This document shows positions 59,043 to 64,000 of a DNA stretch of 64,000 nucleotides, piece after piece; the stretch's first letter is position 1, and each line of letters begins with the position of its first letter. The position numbers and the translations under genes were made by a program. This DNA comes from Eutreptiella sp. 'Long Island Sound 2002' (lineage: Eukaryota; Protista; Euglenida): the NCBI GenBank assembly GCA_964036045.1, contig OZ038378.1, positions 96,348,001 through 96,412,000 on the forward strand. Reading direction: 5' to 3'. Below the pieces are notes generated by a model. That model was given only the letters and a program-made list of their open reading frames with translations, ran no database searches and was not told the DNA's origin.

Positions 59043-60749
59043 CCTAGGCGGCTCAAGTTGCATGGTCAAAATCACACCAAATGCACCCAATTTGGAAAAT
59101 GCACAAAAATAGTTTTTCAAAGGCTCTGTTTTTTGAAAACAGAATATTAGTCCAAAGAAAGTATCTTTCTTACCATTTGTGCCATTTCGTGCCTTTTTTC
59201 GGACAGCCAAAAACAAAAAGAAACTATAAAAATAATAAATAAATCTTATGATTTCAGTGGAAAATGATGTGCTTTTAGCGAAAATTGGCCAAGAAATACA
59301 TTTTGCGTTTGCCTTGTTTTTTGGATGAACATGGTCTGCAGAAAAAATGATTGCAACATCATTTTCCGTCCTGCATGTTCATTGCATACCTGGAAAAATG
59401 ATTTGTTGATCGAATTCTATGCGCGAGGCCTCGCGCAATCAAGACCAAGGATCATTAAAACAGAAGCATGGCGGATTAAATATCAATGCAAAGCATATGC
59501 AACATGTGGTTCAAGGGCTGCCCCATGCACGAGGCCTCGCGCATAACTTACTAAACCAAAAACCTCACCCGATTGGCTTTCCTTTGGAAAGACGGCTTCA
59601 GGATCGAGTGGTCTTAGTACGCACCCCATGGTTTGATTTTGGATTTGCACTGCCTGAAAAAGAGGTATAGGTTGTGACTTTCAAGTTCTGGAACTGCATT
59701 GCAGTCCTCATTGCGCGAGGCCTTGCGCAAAAAAAGGCCCAGAAAATATATTCTTTGTACCATTGTGATGGGTTCCCATCTGATAGCGCTTGTGCACAAC
59801 CTTCACTGAAGCAACGAGTACCTAAATTGTCGTTGAGTCATTGAAATTTAGCACAAGCTTGCCCCCCCCGGAGGCGAAAAAACTCTTTTTCGGCTTGGTC
59901 AGCCCCTGCGCTTGACAGACTGCTTCCCCCAGGGCACCTTCTTTCTCCAGGTATCGAACATCATCTTGATAATTGGTGTCCTTTGCACTACATTAGATTT
60001 TACTCTCTAAAAAATTAGTTTTTTTGGCCCAAACAAACGCTCAAAAAAGCGCCACGCATGGCAAATTCATATTTTCTTTGCACATTTTAGTTTGATCTAT
60101 AGTCAACAACAGAAGGATCAATTTTCCTTCAGCCAAAGCTACAAGGGGGGTTTCTGTCCAGCTCAGCGTCATCTGTTGAGTGGGAATGCTTCATGTGTTA
60201 CCACTGATACTCTTTTTTTTGCTTGACACTCCCCATAAGTTGTGGCAGGTGTGCATCATGAGCAATGCTAAAGGATGCACCCTGTGCAACACCTCCAACG
60301 TATGTGCTCCTTTTGTTAGGAATGCAACAACATTTGAAATGCTTTTCTGAGTCATCAATTAGTTTTCCAAGGCTTGTTTAGAGCACTGAATGTCTGCCCG
60401 CGTAAACATATTGTACAATGTGATCAAGTCAAGGGTGCCTGTAATGTCACTCCAGTGTAGGTGCCTGCTTGATTCCTCACTTCTACCATCATTACCTGAC
60501 TTCGGAGGGGCAAGGGAGTGCTCCTTGCGCGAGGCCTCGCGCAAGGAACAGTCCATTGCCCCAAAGAAAGCATTTTCTGGACCCATCAGGACCAAGAAAA
60601 GGCCAAATTCCTTACATAAGAGTTCTTCTGGTGTTCCAAAAACGGCTTGATTTTTTGCAAGCCAAAGAATGGTTCTTTTGATGTTTTTTCAGGCTGTGTA
60701 TTTTGGGCACTTTCTGTCGTTTTATACCATGCAACTTGAGCCGCCTAAG
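59043..60749. mobile_element. 1707 bp non-autonomous TIR element of the same family as 26459-34208
   Basis: TIR C[C/T]TAGGCGGCTCAAGTTGCATGGT (23/24). Perfect TSD ACTGA at 59038-42 and 60750-54. Sister units show the empty site ggcactgaaacagac. Palindromes at 59419, 59525, 59711 and 60525. Confidence 0.95.
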
Positions 60750-61865
60750 ACTGAAACAGACAGGGGCTGACACCGCCCCCGTGCGACACTCTGTTTTGGA
60801 ATTGATATATCCTCCTGCGAGATCGTAGGGTTGGCATCGACGGGATAAGGATTGAGCGCTTTTGTGGGGACCGCTTTAACCACGACAGTGACAAACCCAT
60901 ACAACGCACATCCGGGGTGAGGGGGTTACAGTATATGACACGTGATGGCGAACTGCGACGCGTACCAGAATACGCCTACGTTCATATCAGTAGTTTGCCC
61001 GGTTTGGTTACGGGGTTGGTTCGTATGTGGGGGTATTACACAAAGAGGGGTGAGTATCACATCGTCGAGGACGAAGCCGAGTTCTTCGAATTGGTGGATA
61101 GAGTGAAGGATTGGCGTAGCATTGGGTGGATCAAAAGCGTGTGTGCCGCTGCTGCAAACGACAACAGCAGCAACAGCGCTGGTGGATGGTGACGAGCTTA
61201 CGTAATACTCAGTTTCAATTGGAGTGTTGAAAAAGAAGGCATATCTACCCGGGTGCTGTATTTATGACCCATGACGGGCCACATGACGCCAAAAAACAGT
61301 GAAAGTCCCAACCTGCCACACAGGCAATCACAGGCGCAAACAGCATCCCGTTGCCGCGCCACGAGAACGACAGAGAGGGTAATCGTAAGGTTCCCTACCA
61401 TGGGTGCTCAATAAACTCACCTCTATCCAACTGGATACCACGCATTCGAACCGCCTTTCTATTTTGCAACGCCCTTGTGTTGAACATCTGTTTCATGGCC
61501 CAGCCCGCGCGCACCATGAACCCGTTTACCGCACATTTGGCACAGTTCAATAACCACCCACGACAGACAAACATCAAATCACGTGTCATATTGGTTGGCT
61601 CGAACCGCGTTGTAACAATTGCTATCATGTTTAATGAAGCCCTGCTGATTGCGTAGAATGTCAATCCCACCACGTGCCACAACACAGAAATCCGTTTCAG
61701 CAAATGAATTGCAGTAATCAAACTCTGACCGTATCTAACATGTTACACTGGGTGCCAGCTAATCCCCAAAAGGCGCAACACTAATACTACTAAGACCTCA
61801 TCCATTGCTGCCATGTATTTGTCAATGGTCAGCCCGGGATGGACAATGTATGTTGCAAAACAGCA

Positions 61866-62748
61866 TAGCTGCGCGCGTGCTCGCGATTTGTCGCGCTCAA
61901 GACAGGCGATAAGACGCCAGCTGCCCACAAAAAATGAGAAATTGACGGATTTCAACCAAATTTCACCAAGTATGTTACAATGGACGACATTGGGGATGTC
62001 CCTGTGCGTTCCGCGCTATCTCCGAAGCTGGCAGCCGCCGTGGGCGGCGCTCTGTGATCTGCTGCACAGGACGAAAATCTGAGGCATCAGCAATGAAGTA
62101 CACATGGACAGAAGCCCACTGCACCTACTCGTGAAGTCAAAGGCTACATTGACGCATAGAAAAAGCCGACACGAAGTTTTACCATGACGTTCTTAAAATT
62201 AGAACCTTAGAGGTGATTTTCTCTCCTGACACGAACTCAGGTCCCCTGACGCCACACCTTGAAGGTGTTTTTGAAAAACAATGCATTCTAATTTTCCACT
62301 ATCCTTTCGCTGCTGTGGAGTATGGCCGACCCAGGGGCAGGAAACCCGGCTAACCACCAGGGCAGTACACCCCACAGTAGGCCCAGAAACACAAAAGCAA
62401 ACCACAAGTTTTCCTCTGCCCCTCCAGCAGTTGACTGCATGGAAACAAACATGGAAAAACACACAGAAAGAGAAACACAGCCTGCAATCCCCAGTGCACC
62501 TGCATGTTTCTGTGCGAGCTGAACCCAGCCCCCTGCTTACAACAAGCCTCAGTGCAACCAATTCATCACCGAAACCTACCAATCAATCTACACCAAGAAA
62601 CCATCAGTGCCATCATTTTCGCTTTCCTAGGCAAACCGCCTCCGTGATATATTATGTATTCCAAGTAATGTACATATTCTCACGAGGTCTTCCTTTGGGG
62701 GACGTCAGCCCCAGAACAAATCGATGCAGTTAAGAATATTCAAAAAAA
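61866..62748 (+). mobile_element. 883 bp insertion with 17 bp TSD and short A-rich 3' end (retroposon-like)
   Basis: TATGTTGCAAAACAGCA duplicated at 61849-65 and 62749-65; insert ends gaatattcaaaaaaa; absent from the other units. Confidence 0.8.
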
Positions 62749-63552
62749 TATGTTGCAAAACAGCACGAAGCTCACTGTGAACACTGCAAACAAAGGACAC
62801 AGCAACAGGGATGTTGACGCCGGGTAAAGGGGCTCAATGAGCAGATAAACGGGCAGAGGCCACAAGCCATACAAGGAACAAAATACGACTTAGTGTTGGT
62901 CTGGGCTGTCGCGGGCCTCTGTTGCATCATTGTGGTGATACCGCACTATTAAGGCCCCTCTCTTTCGATTGGCTGTGAATGATTGCACCGTAGATACCCA
63001 TGGCATTCTTTAATGTTGATATTTGGAAGGTGTAGTCACCAAAAACTCTATCTCCAATCTCCTTGAGGGTCGCCCGCCGCTGCACCACCAGTAACACGAA
63101 TAACCCCTGATGGATGATCTGCGGTCAACTGAATATCCCATATACAAACAATGTCATCGGGAAGCATTGGACAGCCTCATTGTATAACGACAGTGAGGGA
63201 TGGAGGCCGCAACCATTACCAAGAGCGCCCTCGGCCCTCTTTGGTTAGTTGATATATACACCGTGACAAATCCCGCAGAAACTGCGTCAATAAGGGCCGT
63301 TTGTACTTGCTGTTGCACGTTGCCGGGTGGCCACATGCAGGCTCCGCCCAGAGCACCCGGTATGGCTGCACCACCGGTACCCCGGCTGTAAAGCAACAGG
63401 ACCATAAATTCCACCTTTCGTACCTGGGCTGGACCCCGCATATCCAACAGAACTTGTTGCACCCGCACAGAGTAGGGATTGACGCCACCATCCTCATTTT
63501 CTGGCTCCACGCCACCATACTCTGGGAAAGTGTCGGTTTCTGGGAAGCATAG

Positions 63553-64000
63553 ATGGGATTCGTATCTGGGACTTGTCATAGTGGAACAACGCAAGCTGCA
63601 AAACGAAAGGAAGCCAGTGGACAGGTCCCAAATTCAAATAAGCAAATAAATAAAACTAACAGTCAACCTGCACCCTGCGTTCTGGTGTCACTTCGTTTTT
63701 TTTCGCTGGAACCAGAAAGTCAAAGAGTTATTTCTTCTGTGACCAAAGAAAGCGGTATGCCAATGATACCAGTCAAGAGACGGAATAGCAGTGCGGGTGT
63801 GGGTAAGTTAGTGGCAGTGGCAGTTGGGACACTGGAACCCCGGCAACATCCGTATCCACAAAAATGCAAATACACTGACCGTGAACAGCGGTGATGGTAG
63901 TGTCATCAACAGTGGTGTCCCCCTACAGCAAAACGGCGCATTTTGGATGTCACATATGGATTCTAAAGACATCAGGGCCGTGGCCCTGCCCATTGACCAA
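63553..64000 (+). pseudogene. Start of a further fibre-gene copy, frameshifted and truncated by the window end
   Basis: MGFVSGTC...VGKLVAVAVGTLEP...WMSHMDSKDIRAVALPIDQ. Confidence 0.65.

Larger units (their letters stand above)
38235..64000. repeat. Tandem array of 5.5-6.0 kb units (more than 4 copies, runs off the window) with dense short ORFs
   Basis: Marker taacagactgtcacgatgcgga at 38685, 44144, 50168 and 56161 (periods 5459, 6024, 5993). Marker atgtggaacttgttggcac at about 41472, 47004, 52995 and 59022. Confidence 0.97.

Noticed and set aside
26807-60544. Recurrent peptide LREASRK/N or CARPRA in many ORF-track entries as a protein motif
   Set aside because: It is only the translation of the DNA palindrome, appears on both strands and mostly falls in predicted introns.

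Overview
This looks like a eukaryotic, repeat-saturated window (protist-like; the host cannot be named from sequence). I see no intact housekeeping gene, rRNA operon or CRISPR array. From left to right: (i) 1-12.4 kb, decayed unclassified retroelement-like remnants; (ii) 12.5-23.7 kb, a minus-strand Ty3/Gypsy chromodomain LTR retrotransposon with a tRNA-iMet PBS, whose pol carries a DIRS-type Dam (N6-adenine methyltransferase-like) domain between protease and RT; (iii) 26459-34208, a decayed 7.75 kb TIR DNA transposon (5 bp TSD) with a multi-exon DDE-like transposase gene, in which several 60-73 nt GT-AG introns each contain the same 20 bp palindrome TTGCGCGAGGCCTCGCGCAA; one of these introns was later hit by a 1.4 kb non-LTR-type insert with a 65 bp minisatellite; (iv) about 38.2 kb to the window end, a tandem array of 5.5-6.0 kb units packed with short intronless virus-like ORFs (S74-chaperone/collagen fibre, membrane proteins, winged helix). 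The last unit is interrupted by a 1707 bp non-autonomous member of the same TIR/palindrome family and by an 883 bp insert with a 17 bp TSD. All family assignments come from motifs read by eye; no database search was run.
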